From Azolla caroliniana (lineage: Eukaryota; Plantae; Polypodiophyta), in contig JBHGNT010000002.1 in the NCBI GenBank assembly GCA_043228905.1, positions 16,740,001 through 16,804,000 of the forward strand: a DNA stretch of 64,000 nucleotides, given 5' to 3'. Shown here piece by piece: positions 24,477 through 37,101 of the stretch. The stretch's first letter is position 1; every line of letters starts with the position of its first letter. The notes beneath the pieces are model-generated. The model was given only the letters and a program-made list of their open reading frames with translations, was not told where the DNA came from and did not search any database. Both the position numbers and the translations under genes were made by a program.

Positions 24477-24939
24477 GACGATAATTGAATGGTATGTGTA
24501 TATGAAAACTTCAACAATTCTTAAAATTATAATGAATTTTCCTAGTTGGATGTTAAAACTAGAATGGATAATTATGATGACTATTAATACATGTAGAGTT
24601 GATAAATATTTTTACACTAGAGTATGTGATATAGTGGGGCTAGAGAGAGTTAGGTGGTTATTTATGATTAAGTGTTTTAATGTAATTCCTTTGTAAGAAT
24701 CCCTTCCCTTTGAGTGTTATAAACAAGTTTGAGCACTAATAATTAAGAATAGGTTAAATTAAAGCAGTTATTATTTAATAGCTTGAATATGATAGAATTG
24801 CTACGATTTTTATGCATGAACTTCAAGGGTTTTTATATAAGTGAAGAATTTTTAGGTAAGTAGCATATGTAGAAAGACTAAGAATTCACTAGAGGAAAGT
24901 GAGGGAGAATAGGTGACAATAGATGAGGAATGGTAGTTA

Positions 24940-24947
24940 ATTTATAG
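24940..24947 (-). promoter_or_regulatory. Candidate TATA box of TPP
   Basis: Minus-strand CTATAAAT followed by a pyrimidine-rich patch, ~465 bp upstream of the ATG. Confidence 0.55.
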
Positions 24948-24960
24948 GGGGAAAAACCGA

Positions 24961-24979
24961 GGGGGGGGGGGGGAGGGGG

Positions 24980-25018
<39 letters not shown>
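24961..25018. repeat. G-run plus (GA)n microsatellite just upstream of the TATA candidate
   Basis: G13-A-G6 followed by ~18 GA units. Confidence 0.9.
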
Positions 25019-25024
<6 letters not shown>

Positions 25025-26148
25025 GTCGAGAGTCGAGACTCAAGAGGGTAGTTTGGGTGAGAATATACCGTGTACATATTGAAAGGGCTATACATAAATA
25101 TAATGATAATAGTCGTATAGTGTGCCTAAAAGAGTGAGTAGCCCATACCGCTCATAGTTAATGGTAATTATTCAAAACTAGCAAAATCTTGAGTCCACAC
25201 CCTTGCGGGTTTGATGCAAATACATAAATTATGTAGTGTAATATGATAATCTTCGAAGCAATGCCTCGCTTCAATTTTCGTTTGTTCCTAGTAGTAAGCT
25301 TTCTCACTTACTAATAAAAGAAAATGTTAAGATATGTAGGACGATATGCCCTCCTACACACATAGAGTGACATATATGTTTGTGTAAGTAGTAAAGCACA
25401 AGTTTGAGAAAGAGGAGACAAAAACGAAAATGTCAAGAAAACCCCAATAGCCCCTCTTCTTCTTCTAAGAGAAAATTCATCCTTCTTTATTTAAGAACAT
25501 TTTGTATTATATATATATATATATTCTAACTACATAAATTAGAAAGGAGTTAACAATTTTAAAAAGTAAAAGCTAAATTTAATCTGCATGCATGCATATA
25601 TACATATTACATACATATATATTTACATTTCTGAATAAAAAATGAAAAGCCATAAAAAAGATTTTAATTGATTGAATTATTTGTTGTTATGATTAAAGCT
25701 TTGGGGGGATTATTGAAGAATGGCAATGTGTGTAAGTTGGTTTGTCCCTTTAACTGAACACCTACAAAATAGTCAGAAAAAACAAAGTAATAAAAAAAGC
25801 ATAAAAATAACTTGTTCTTTGATTTTGTCTTTGTTTGCTTTGGGGGGGAGGGGGGTGTCTTTTTCCTCACACACCGGAGACTCGAGAGGAGGGATATGTG
25901 CTTGTCTCTTCATCACCTCAAATGACAACACGTGTTCGACAAGATCATGGCGTCTCTTGAGAGGGTTCTAAATAAACTCTTTTATGTTTTTGCTTACTCT
26001 CACTCAATTCGCTTCCTTTGGAACCCATCCGTATCCATCACATTTACTGAGTGTCTTCCTTTTTTCCCTCCAGTTTTGTCCCTACTCTTAGTGATGGTCA
26101 AGGCCTAAAGTGTTGTCTTTTCTTAGTCTCTTCCCCAGTATGTATGTT

Positions 26149-26152
<4 letters not shown>

Positions 26153-26189
<37 letters not shown>
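26153..26189. repeat. (TG)n microsatellite
   Basis: Read directly. Confidence 0.95.
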
Positions 26190-26203
<14 letters not shown>

Positions 26204-26933
26204 TATTCTACCCAACAACTACAACTACATCCCAATCCTTACTCTTTTTTCTTTCCTCGATCTAACTTTCTTTGTCTTGCTTATGTTGTCCATCATTAGA
26301 TTAGCTTGGTTTAGCTTAGCTACCCTTTGAGCTTATTTTTAATTGTTACCGCACCTTGTGCTCCAACATATGATAACTTATCTTTCTAGGTTGTTTTTTA
26401 ATTTGTTATCCCCACTCCAAATTTGAAAACCTCCTTTTTCCCTTCCCTTAAATCTCTCTTTGAAGTACGAGTGCTTTTCAAATGGAAACGCGCACACACA
26501 TTTAATAAGGAAAACCTCTCTAAACTTCTAGTCACTCTCACTCACTCTCCATTGTAAGAAACTCTCTAAAACTTGTAGGTTTCTCACTTTGTCAAGGGGG
26601 GACAAGGTTGAAGTTTGAAGTAGACATTTGTTTCCCCCCCCCCCCCCCCCCTCCTCTCTCTCTCTCTCTCTCTCTTCATACTATTACTAGGCTTGAGGCA
26701 GTTAAAGGGACCCAACTGATGTGATCCTCTCTTTACATGCAAAAGAAGCAAAAGACAAAAGAGTACCTTCTTCGTGCCTTCCTTCCTTACAAACTCCCTT
26801 GCAAGTTGCAGACACAGACATAAACACAAACACAAACACAAAGATAGAATGTGTGAGAGAGTAAGACTTTTTTTTTCTACTTGACCATAAACTAGTGATG
26901 GTGATTTTGTTGAAACTTATGTTGGGATGAACA

Positions 26934-27007
26934 ACGTGGCCAACATCCTTGCCTCTCAAATGTGTTCACACGTGACATGACTTGCATTATCACTTGCCTC
27001 ACACGTG
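26934..27007. promoter_or_regulatory. ABRE/G-box cluster upstream of TPP
   Basis: ACGTGGC 26934-26940, CACGTG 26969-26974 and CACGTG 27002-27007. Confidence 0.45.
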
Positions 27008-30000
27008 CTAGCGTAACCTCTCCTCCCATTAAAATCGATAAAAACAATTAGAGAACTAAGGTACAAAGGCCCATTCCTCTTCTTTGGACCGTAGCGCATG
27101 GACTACACACATGCACATGCATGCGCGCGCGCGCACACACACACACAAACACTCCCTCTCTCGCTCTCTCGCTCTCTCCCTCTACCCTAGTGATAAGTCA
27201 TGTTTTCACTAGCTGATGCACCTAGGTTCAATATATTGTTGTATGAGGCACTATTTTACTAGATGCCACTCCAAACATAGGGGGTTGAATGCATGCTTTT
27301 TCTTGTCTCTCTCGAACAACTTTACTAACTGAGCTATAAGTTATAAACCATATGGTTAGTCAAACAACCTCTCTCTCTATGAACACGCGCGCACACAAAT
27401 TTTACTTTTACGTTTTATACATTGTCAAGAGAGCTTTGCTCTTGTTGGTTCACTCTTTCCCTTCCTCCGAGAAGCCTTCCTCGATCATTCCACCATCCAC
27501 TTTGGTTTAGTCATCTCTCCTTACCTTAATATAATGGATATCACTAGAAAAAAGGGAGATTTTCCTAGAATTTCTTATTCACATTCCATCACCATAAATC
27601 GTGCTTGGTACAGACACATAAAGAAAAAATTATATGTTATTCATCAATAGAAGTGCTCCTTTATATTTTTAACATGTGGCATCCTCTAACCCTAGTTAAT
27701 GGTAAATCATGTTGTGTACATATTCATACTCATATATAATATTCATTGAGAGATATGCCTATTTATATTTTTATACATGTGCCATCCTCCTACCAAAGTT
27801 TATGGAGGAACTTTGGCCACCCACACACACACGGTGAAGAATCACGCTTATATAATCGTGTCAGCCTTTCATCCACACACATATAAACACGTAGATGAGT
27901 ATGTCACTAGATAATATTTAGTAAAGCTATCCCATCTCAAAACATAGTTCCACTCATGCTTTCTACAAGCATGATTTTCGAGGAAATAAAGCAATCCTCC
28001 ATAGGAGCACGGGTGCACATGCTTGTTGACGCGCGCTTTGTGCTAGGTTGACAAAAGTTTATATTACCTAAAATGCACACTCGTGGACATGTCATCACAA
28101 GATACGGTAGTTTATTTTCAAAGCATGTTGGAAACTATTCATGTGCTCTTAAAAAAGTTTACAAGAGCACTAGAATCAACATGTGACCACTCCTTGCGCC
28201 AACTTTAACTAGTAGTTGGCCACATTACTCATCCCTACACAAGATTGAGGTCACTAGTCGAATAAAAAGAAAGTCGTCACAAGACTAATGGCCAATATTA
28301 TTGTTTGTGTAGGCGCCACTCCAAATGAGTATCTTTATGCCATTTGAACACATTTGAATGGTCGAGCATCTATTTATGATTCTATGCTTCATAATTCTGT
28401 TGCGGTGTCCTACTTTACCAACTAAAAAAAGCATTGCCCATCATTGGTATCTACTTGAAAGATTAAAGGCTACATGCCCTTTAAAAGGTAACTCTATATG
28501 TTCTCATAAAAGTTGAATAATTTCGACATTTCTTAACAAGTAACAATGGCTGCTAAACTTTACTTGGTTCTTGCATAAATTAGGCTTTCGATAAAAAGAA
28601 TCAAATAAAGAACCTATAATTTACAACACATTATATATTGACATATTGTACTGCCCAATTAATGTAATCCTATTAGTGAATGAGAATACTCAACATCATT
28701 CAGAACTTTGGAGCATATTGTATGTATATTTACCCACATATGGTGATGTTGGAATCTTTACAGTATACGGCTTGATAGTCAAAGCATTGTGTGTGCCATT
28801 GGTGCCCTTTGCAAGTCAATTAATTAGAAAATGGTGAAAATTGGAGTAAACCAAAAGGGTATTTGAATAAACAAAAGTTTTAAAAAAAGAATTAAAAGTG
28901 CCTCATAAAATTATTAACATATACTAAAAATGTGTATAAGTGCTTGAAATAAAAACATTTCATTACGTGCATTATAGATGTGCAACTATTATTTAGATAG
29001 CGAATCACTTCACCTTCAAATTTATCAAGCACATTTTAGATGCATGAACCCTACATACAACATTCCTAATGAACAAAGGTTACAAGAAATAATGTCACCA
29101 TTTTATCCGTACTCTGCTTACAAGCATTTGGTAAATTGTAAGGTATGGGTTCTATGAAATGCATAATTTATTTATTTTAGAAAAAATGTTAGTACAACAA
29201 AGTTGAAGATATCAGTAGACAAGTACTTGAATGAAACACTTACTATACGAGATGCAGAAGTAAAGTTGTAATGTATGCATGTATATATGCATATCTCGCT
29301 TCGAAAAAGTAGCTTGTTTATAGTAACTTACAACTTTAGTACCACAAAAAATGTGATGGCATCTAATTGTTACATTGCATCTAGTTGTTAGTAGAAATAT
29401 GTACCATAAAAGAAAAGGATGCCATCTTTAGTGCAAATGAAACCCTCTCCACCTTGCTCACTTGCCCGCTCCCTCTTCAAAAAGGGTATACAAACCACTA
29501 AAGTCATAAAAAGCATATTAAAGAAAAAAAGTATTTACACTCGAGTTTGACATATATCTAAAGTTGTTAATCTAGTGAATGCATCTAACCAATAATAAGA
29601 TCTGAAAAGCAAGGTTTAATTCATCTTCATCTTATACACGCACAATGAGATTATTAATCCTTGTTCCAAATGTTTATTGAATGCAAAAGCTTGTTTCATC
29701 TTTGGAATTTTTTTCTACAAGACTCTAATGAAGCTATAATGCTTGTAAACTAAATTACATGTGTGCAACTTTGATTAGCCTGGAAATTATGTTGATCGAC
29801 GAGGAACATGTTGTCAAAACAGCTTTTGTCTTAGTATAAAAAGGATTCATTCGGTGTACACACTTTGAAACATGTAGGACAATTTCTTGTATCACTTTTA
29901 CTTACAAAAAACATTTAATATAAGGAGTTTTCTATGCGAATAATTATTTTAAGTCTCATGTAGATTTACTCTTAATTCATAAAAGAATATTCTATCATGA

Positions 30001-31689
30001 TCATGATGTCTAATGACAAATGCTAGATAAATGGTTATTGCTTACTTGGCGCTCCCATTATACAAACATTTTTGTATAATAATTGATGGATCAATTTTTT
30101 CTTAAAGGATGCATATATACATAAACAATTGACGCTATAAAAAGTTGTGCAATGTTTTTGTGTATGTGATTTCTAATCAAAACATAGGCGAACTTAGAAT
30201 CCATATGCCTATCGCAACCACTATTGTAATCATCTCCCATCATTGGTATCCCAATATGCAACAAATGATTTTCTCGAGGATTTCCGATTCCCCACCATAA
30301 AGGTATACATTTAATGATTGTACAAAAACCATATGACTTGTAACTCATTTTAAAATGTTGTTACGACGAGAAACATTTCGTGAAGATTGTTCTCTTTGCG
30401 TTATTTTTTACTTGTACTAGTGGGTCTTTATTCTCCTTTGGAAATGATCATTGCACATTTTTTTAAATAGTTGACTTCTATCCACAAATAATTCATGAGA
30501 TCATTTAGGATGTGATGTGTTTATATGTAACCTCACTTGATTTAACATGAACCCATATTATATGTTTTTATCATTTTCCAATGAAGTTTATATTCTTTGA
30601 TCATGGATAATTTTCAAGAACCTTTCACTACTTGCAAACTTGTAGTGGCAATCACCATTGTTAGTGGCAAAGGAATGTTTGATGGTGTAAATGATGTTTT
30701 GGCTTTCTAAGTTTCTCTTGAGGTTGGTTCTAGTCAAAATGTTTAAGATAATTAAGGATGGTTGAGTGTAAGTGCTATACTTTATCAAACATAGTTGGTG
30801 TGAGATTCTTATTTGTAGATGGAATTATTGTAAGGTAAACAAATTGCGTTTCAATATAATGGTTGTATTGATTTAAAGCATGTAATTGTGCTTCAACAAC
30901 TATTCATGTCTAGAAGTTTACAATTCATTACAGTCACATTTTATAAAGCTCTACAATAGACACCATACATTTTGCATTAAACCTTGAAAAACAATTAAAT
31001 TGTGGTATGACAAAAGCATACTAATATCTATTGGTTCTTATATCACATTGACTATGTCACGATCCAAACACATAATTATATCTCCTTACACACTAATATC
31101 TTGAAAAGATCAAGAAAACATTATGGTTTCATTTTATAAGCAGTAAAAGGCATCAAGAATCAAGGCTAGATACATTGTATCAAGAAAGTTTCCGAAGGTA
31201 AAGTAGCTTTGTTTTCAATAGTATTAAATATTTACTTATTTATAAGTTATAACTAATGATATATAGGTGTGGTTGAATGATTATTCTTAATGAATCCACT
31301 TGATATTCATTACTTGATGAAGTTTTTCATTCATTGTAGCATTAGGGCTTTTGGGAAACACTCGACAAACTAAATGCATGTGGAGTAAGCTCAAAGTCTA
31401 TTTGATAAAATAGTTCCCATGCATCAAAACTAGCCATTATACTTATTCATTCAAAACCAATCATTATATTAATTCATTAAATGTGACGTCTTCTTTTTTA
31501 AGTGCTAAAATGATACCTATTTGGGTTGTGGTTTGTTCCAAATAATTATAAATATGCTAGCATCAAGTTATTTTTATTGTCCTCATGCAACTAAAGGCAA
31601 CATAGTTGTGTAAATACTTTGAGAAGGCTCGATATAATTTGACAACAAACCCCCATTAGAATTCCTCCATATTCATTGTTGGTTCCCAT

Positions 31690-32966
31690 CAATTTTTATT
31701 TAGCTAAACAATAAAGTGTCTAGTATTTTGTTTTGCGAATTTCGGAGGCACTCTCGGATTTGGATGTAGATAACTGCCCTGGAATTGATGGCCTCATCCC
31801 TCACTTCTTCACGAACCTTTGGGATATTATTAAAGAAGACCTCCTCTAGGCATATGAGGAGATCATCACCTCTGGAAATATTCTGGAGGAATTTGGATAG
31901 GGGATGATACATCTCATTTGTAAAAGTGGTGGGAGTGCCAATGACATTAGTAAGTGGCAGCCCATAACTCTTCTCAATATTATTTATAAGTTGTTCGCAA
32001 AAATCGTGGCACTTCTCCCTCAACTCATTCATCCCTCCCAGACAGGGTTCATTAGAAATTAGAGCATCCTAAACAACCTTTTCTCATTCTCGGAAACAGT
32101 AGCCATTGCCAAGCGTACCAACAACAAGGTAGTTGTGGTGCTCCTAGATTTTGAGAAAGCATATGACAAGGTATGTTGGAATTGTCTAGAAAGTGTGATG
32201 GGGAAACTCAGCTTTCAACAGTCATGGATAAAAGGCATTGCATGCCTTTATAGGAATGCTAGCGGTTGCATATCACTAGCAGGTGAAAGGGGCCCTTCTT
32301 CCGAATATCATGATCTGTACGATTGGGATGCCTTTGCCTCCATCCTTATTTCTATTATACCTTGAAGCACTCTCTAGCTTTCTCAACTCGCGACATCTAA
32401 ACCTACGTGGTCTTCCTTGTGCCACACTCTCACCAATGCCTTTTGGATATAGAATTTGCAGATGACACCGCAATCTACATGCAAGGGGATGTGGAAAATC
32501 TAAAGAAGCTAGAAAGTAGATTAACCGTGGTTTGCAAGAGATCAAACGCCATGATCAATTGGCACAAATCATGTGCAATATGGATTTTTAATGAAGCACA
32601 TCCTACCTGGCACCCATATCCCAATTTCAAGTGGATTAATCAAGGAGGGAGCACCAAATATTTAGGTTTCCAAATTGGATTCAACATTCCTCCGAAGGCG
32701 ATGATTGCATCAATTATTCACTCCACTTGACAAAAGTTGATACCTTGGAGATCGAAAAAACTGTCGCCAATAGGTCACATCATAGTGGTAAACTAGGTAT
32801 TACTCACAACAACATGGTACAACCTATCATGTTGGACAATATCTAAGGAAACTATACATAAGATTCAACAATTGGTATACAACTATATTTGGTTTGGTAA
32901 GGAAGATCATGCAACTTGCCCCAAGGTGGAGTGGCCTATACTCACATCACCTAAGTCGAAAAGAGG
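31690..32966 (+). mobile_element. Degenerate LINE RT fragment, cut by Copia D1
   Basis: PGIDGL, WQPITLLNIIYKLFAK, LLDFEKAYDKV, EFADDT and KYLGF, with frameshifts. Confidence 0.9.
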
Positions 32967-35769
32967 TGTTGAGATACAAGCTCAACATTGGCCGGATCGA
33001 CTGTGCAAGCCGAGAACCGGATCGGTTAGGCCAGATCGGTGCGTGCGTAAACTGGTGCACAACAAGAGGCCGGATCAGTGCGGAAATCGGGAGGCCGTTG
33101 AACAGATATTCCGTGAGGGAATATATTTGGGAGTTAGTGTAGGAGCTCAGTTATGAGCATTGAAGTACGTGTCAATACTTCTGTCAGTCCATATGGACTT
33201 GTATAAAAGCGCTATCTGAGCACATCCTATGTACAGAGTTTACACATTATTTGAATTTAGTTTTTCTGTGTGTTTACTCCCTCTCTGTCTCTCCTGCGTA
33301 CATTCTATCTTAAGCTCTCCATTAAACCTGTTTTTTCCCTATTGGTATTCTGTGTTTCATATAGCTTCCACACGTAACATTTCACATGGTATTAGAGCGC
33401 GAGGGTTGAGAACCTCTGCAGCCGACTTCAGCTTGAAACACAAAAAAAAAAACTAATCTCGGTGAAGAACAGAAAGAAAAAAATGAATAGAGGTATGGCT
33501 AGTTCGCTTCCAACTGAGAAGCTTGATAGAAGTAACTACGCATCTTGGTCGTACAAGATGCACCAGTACCTGCTCGGACATGGATACTAGAGCTATGTCG
33601 ATGGAGGGAATGATACTGCACCCGAATCGACACACAGAGACTTCCCGGCCTGGGAACAGTCAGTGAGTAGAGTTCTCTACTACTTCACGTCCTGTGTGAG
33701 TGAACAACTCTTGAGCTACATTCAGGATGCAAGAACGCCGAAGGATGCTTGGGGAAATCTGAAGATTATCGCCGCAAGCACCACAACCAGGAAGCTCCAA
33801 CTCCGACAGGAGTTGAGCAATGTGCGTCAACGTGACATGACAGTGGCTGGCTACACCTCCAAGATAAAGGATATCTACGACTCCCTCGCCTCCATCGATG
33901 TGAACGTTGAGGAGGGCGAAATGGTGCAGATCATCCTCGGAGGATTGTTCAGAGCATTCCGAACTGCTGTTTGTACAAGGGAGAATACGCCGTCGTTTTT
34001 CGACTTGTAGTCGATGCTCCTTGTAGAGGAGAATCACGCGGGTGCGTCGACAAGTACGCACGCTGACAACAAGATGCTATACACGGAGGGAGATAGGCCC
34101 CGTGGTTGCGGCGGACTAGGCGAGTCAGCGCGCAATGGAGGCGGCTGACGGGAGCAAGGAAGAAGGCATCGTGGTGATGCCGGCAGCAATTTCGGACCCT
34201 CCGAAAGTAGGGGGAATCGAGGAGGTGACGAGAACCGGCAAGGGAAACACGTCGCGGAATGCTGGTAATGTGGCAAGAAAGGCCACAAGGAGAGCGAGTG
34301 CTGGAAGAAGCGCGCTGATTCGGAGAAAACCGGATCCGGATCCGGACAGACCGAACAAGGAAATCGGCAACGGACGCGCTACGCCGAAGGATCTGAAAAA
34401 GTCGGAAAGGGGGCAACCTTCGTGACAAGACACAAAGCGAACTCGATGAAGAAGACCACCCCGGAATCGGACGAAGTGTGGTACGTTGACTTTGTAGCGT
34501 CAAACCATATGACGAACCATAAAGAGTGGTTCTCATATCTGGAAAAACCAGAACAACTGGGAGTAGTCGCAACAGGAGACGACACTCCGCATCCGATTGT
34601 ACATGTCGGTGAAGTTCCCCTCAGCCACGTCGGGCAAAAAGGGAAGCTAATGAACGTGTTACACGTCCCGACAACTACACCCCGCACACATGGATCTACC
34701 TCATTGAAAGGAAGAGTGAAGTCTTCAACTGTTTTCGGAACCTCAAAAATCTTGTCGAAAGGGAAACAGGGAGGAAGATCAAGTGCATGCAGTTGGATGA
34801 CGGAAAAGAATACGTTTCTGGCCAATTCAAAAGTTATCTACAACTAATGGGAATTCGACGCGAATTTAGTTGCAGGTATATGCCGGAGCAAAACGGCGTA
34901 GCCGAAAGGAAGAATTGGTCGGTTGTGGAAGTGGCACGGGCAATGCTGGAAGAAAAGAGCATGCCCAAGTTCTATTGGGCCGAAGCGGTCCGAACCACGG
35001 TCTACATCTAGAATCGGATCGGCGAAAAAGTGTCGGCACATGAGTTGTATTTCGGAAGGAAGCCGAATCTACGACACTTGAGGGTTTTCGGTAGCATCGC
35101 GTATGTGCATGTGTCGAAGGAGACGCAGAGGAAGCTTGACACGAAAACCGAGAAGTATATCTTGGTCGGCTATTTGGACGAACAAAAGGGTTAAAAGTGT
35201 TATAATCCCTAAACCAAACAAGCTCGCGTAAGTCGCAATGTCGTGTTCGATGAGTCTGCGTCTTGGTATTTGCCTCTGACTTCGGACCTCAACTCCAATC
35301 CGAGTTCTAAAGATGAGGTCAGTGAGGCTGAGATACCTCTTGATGAACGCGAAGTCGGAACTCTTGAAGAGAGTCCGATCTCATTTTAGCTAAGTGGACC
35401 GAATGAGCGACTGGGTCGGTTTGACCAGTAAGATGAAGAGCTGGCAAGTAGTGGAGACTCGGTCATGCATTCCCCACACAGGAAGTCGAAGAGACGGCTT
35501 ACGCGCAAAGAAAAGGGAAAGAAGAAGATGCCGGAGTATGGTACGGATAGGGACGAGTCGGATCAATGCGAATCCGACTCCGAGAAGAACGATGACGAGC
35601 CTTCAAGAGCGACGCCCACGTCGGCCAGAACAACCTCAACATCGGCTAATGATCAATTATGCTGTCGTGCCTTTCGGCTCCGGATCGTTGCGTGAGTCGG
35701 GTGGGAACCGTTGGGGTTTTGGACTAGGAGGAAAGAAAATTCTAAGGCAATTAAGAATATATAATATAT

Positions 35770-36159
35770 TGTAAGAAAGAAAGATATGAAAAACTCGTAA
35801 ATCCCACGATTATATTATATTAATCAACCCTTGTAAAATAATCAACAACCTCTATACATCTTTCTCTCTTCCTTATATAGTGTTGGAAGAGTCTAAGTTT
35901 ATCACATGCAAGCATCATGCTTTTCCTATCTTTAGTTTTCATGCACACTGCATGTGCATGATTAGCTTTCTTTCTCATCTTTTCTTTTAACTCGAGTGTG
36001 TATGCATGAATAACTTTTTGTACCATGCATGTCTAGAATATTTACATGGGATAAAGTTTAGTATAACTTTAAAATTCATAATATGCTAGTATAATGGTAA
36101 GGCTTAAAAATCGTTAACATGGAGGTATAGGGTTCGAATCCTACCCTATGCATGTAACA
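35770..36159 (-). mobile_element. Probable nested solo LTR carrying a tRNA-like module
   Basis: TGTAA...TGTAACA termini, minus-strand CTATATAAG at ~35872-35880, imperfect flanks ATAT/ATCT; same architecture as the 13514-13959 LTR. Confidence 0.55.
36084..36152 (+). other. tRNA-like A-box/B-box module
   Basis: TAGTATAATGG (36087-36097) and consensus B-box GGTTCGAATCC (36131-36141). Confidence 0.7.
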
Positions 36160-37101
36160 ATCTTTTCTTCTATTTACAAATTTGTCTCTTCATCCGGTTC
36201 TCACTAGTTCCTCCTTACCGATTCCATCCTTCATCTGGTTCTCACCGGTTCCTCCTTACCGATTCCATCCTTCATCCGGTTCTCACCGGGTCTTCCTTAC
36301 CGATTCCATCCTTCATCCGGTTCTCACCGGGTCTTCCGTATCGGTTCCTCCTTCCGGTTCTCACCGGTGTCGTGCCTTTCGGCTCCGGATCGTTGTGTGA
36401 ATCGGGTGGGAACCACCGAGGTTTTGGTATATTTCACGTAGTGTGCGATTCACACTACGACAACGCTGATCTACCCGCCAGAAGAACCCTATTGTGCGGT
36501 TTGGATACAATGAGTACATGGCGCATCACTATGCATACATTACATGTGTAGCGGAAGTGCGTGAGCCGGAGAGCTACGTAGAAGTGGCAAATGACGCAAA
36601 TTGGCATGCCGCCATGGAGGAAGAGATGAACGCACTTCTAGAGAATGAAACCTGGGACCTGGTTCATGCCCCCAAGGGTGTAAAGCCGATTGGATGCATG
36701 TGGGTGTACAAGGTCAAGTACAACACCGACGGCTCGGTCAACTGATACAAGGCCCGATTAGTAGCAAAAGGCTACGTGCAGCAACATGACATAAATTACG
36801 ATGAGACGTTTGCGCCGGTCGTGAAGATGACAACCGTCCGTGTTTTGCTTGTGGTAGCTGCGGTGAAGGGGTGACACTTACATCAGATGGATGTAAAGAA
36901 TGCGTTCCTGCAAGGCGAGCTTGAGGAACAAGTGTAGATGGTACAACCCCCGAATTTCACTCCGGAATGAACCCTTCGGCGGTATGGCGATTGAAGAAGT
37001 CCCTTTACGGACTAAAGCAAGCCCCGCATGCCTAGAACGTGAAGATCACGCAACGATTGCTTCGGATGAGATTTGCGACATCCAAATCAGACTCTTCATT
37101 G

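Larger units (their letters stand above)
35663..36462 (-). mobile_element. Composite solo LTR inserted in D1
   Basis: TGTCGT...ACGACA termini; flanks ATGC/ACGC; host LRRSTRQKNP frame rejoins across it; ~41-bp tandem repeats at 36188-36367. Confidence 0.8.
32967..37101 (+). mobile_element. Ty1/Copia D1 (5' LTR 32967-33386, iMet PBS, gag, protease, integrase, part of RT), degenerate
   Basis: TGTTGAG...CACA then TGGTATTAGAGC; gag MASSLPTEKLD, CWxCGKKGH, WYVD, QNGVAERKN, AAMEEEM and WVYKVK. Confidence 0.93.

Noticed and set aside
36084-36152. Functional tRNA gene (also 4173-4235 and 13885-13950)
   Set aside because: A/B boxes are present, but no convincing acceptor stem or anticodon arm could be paired; kept only as tRNA-like modules.
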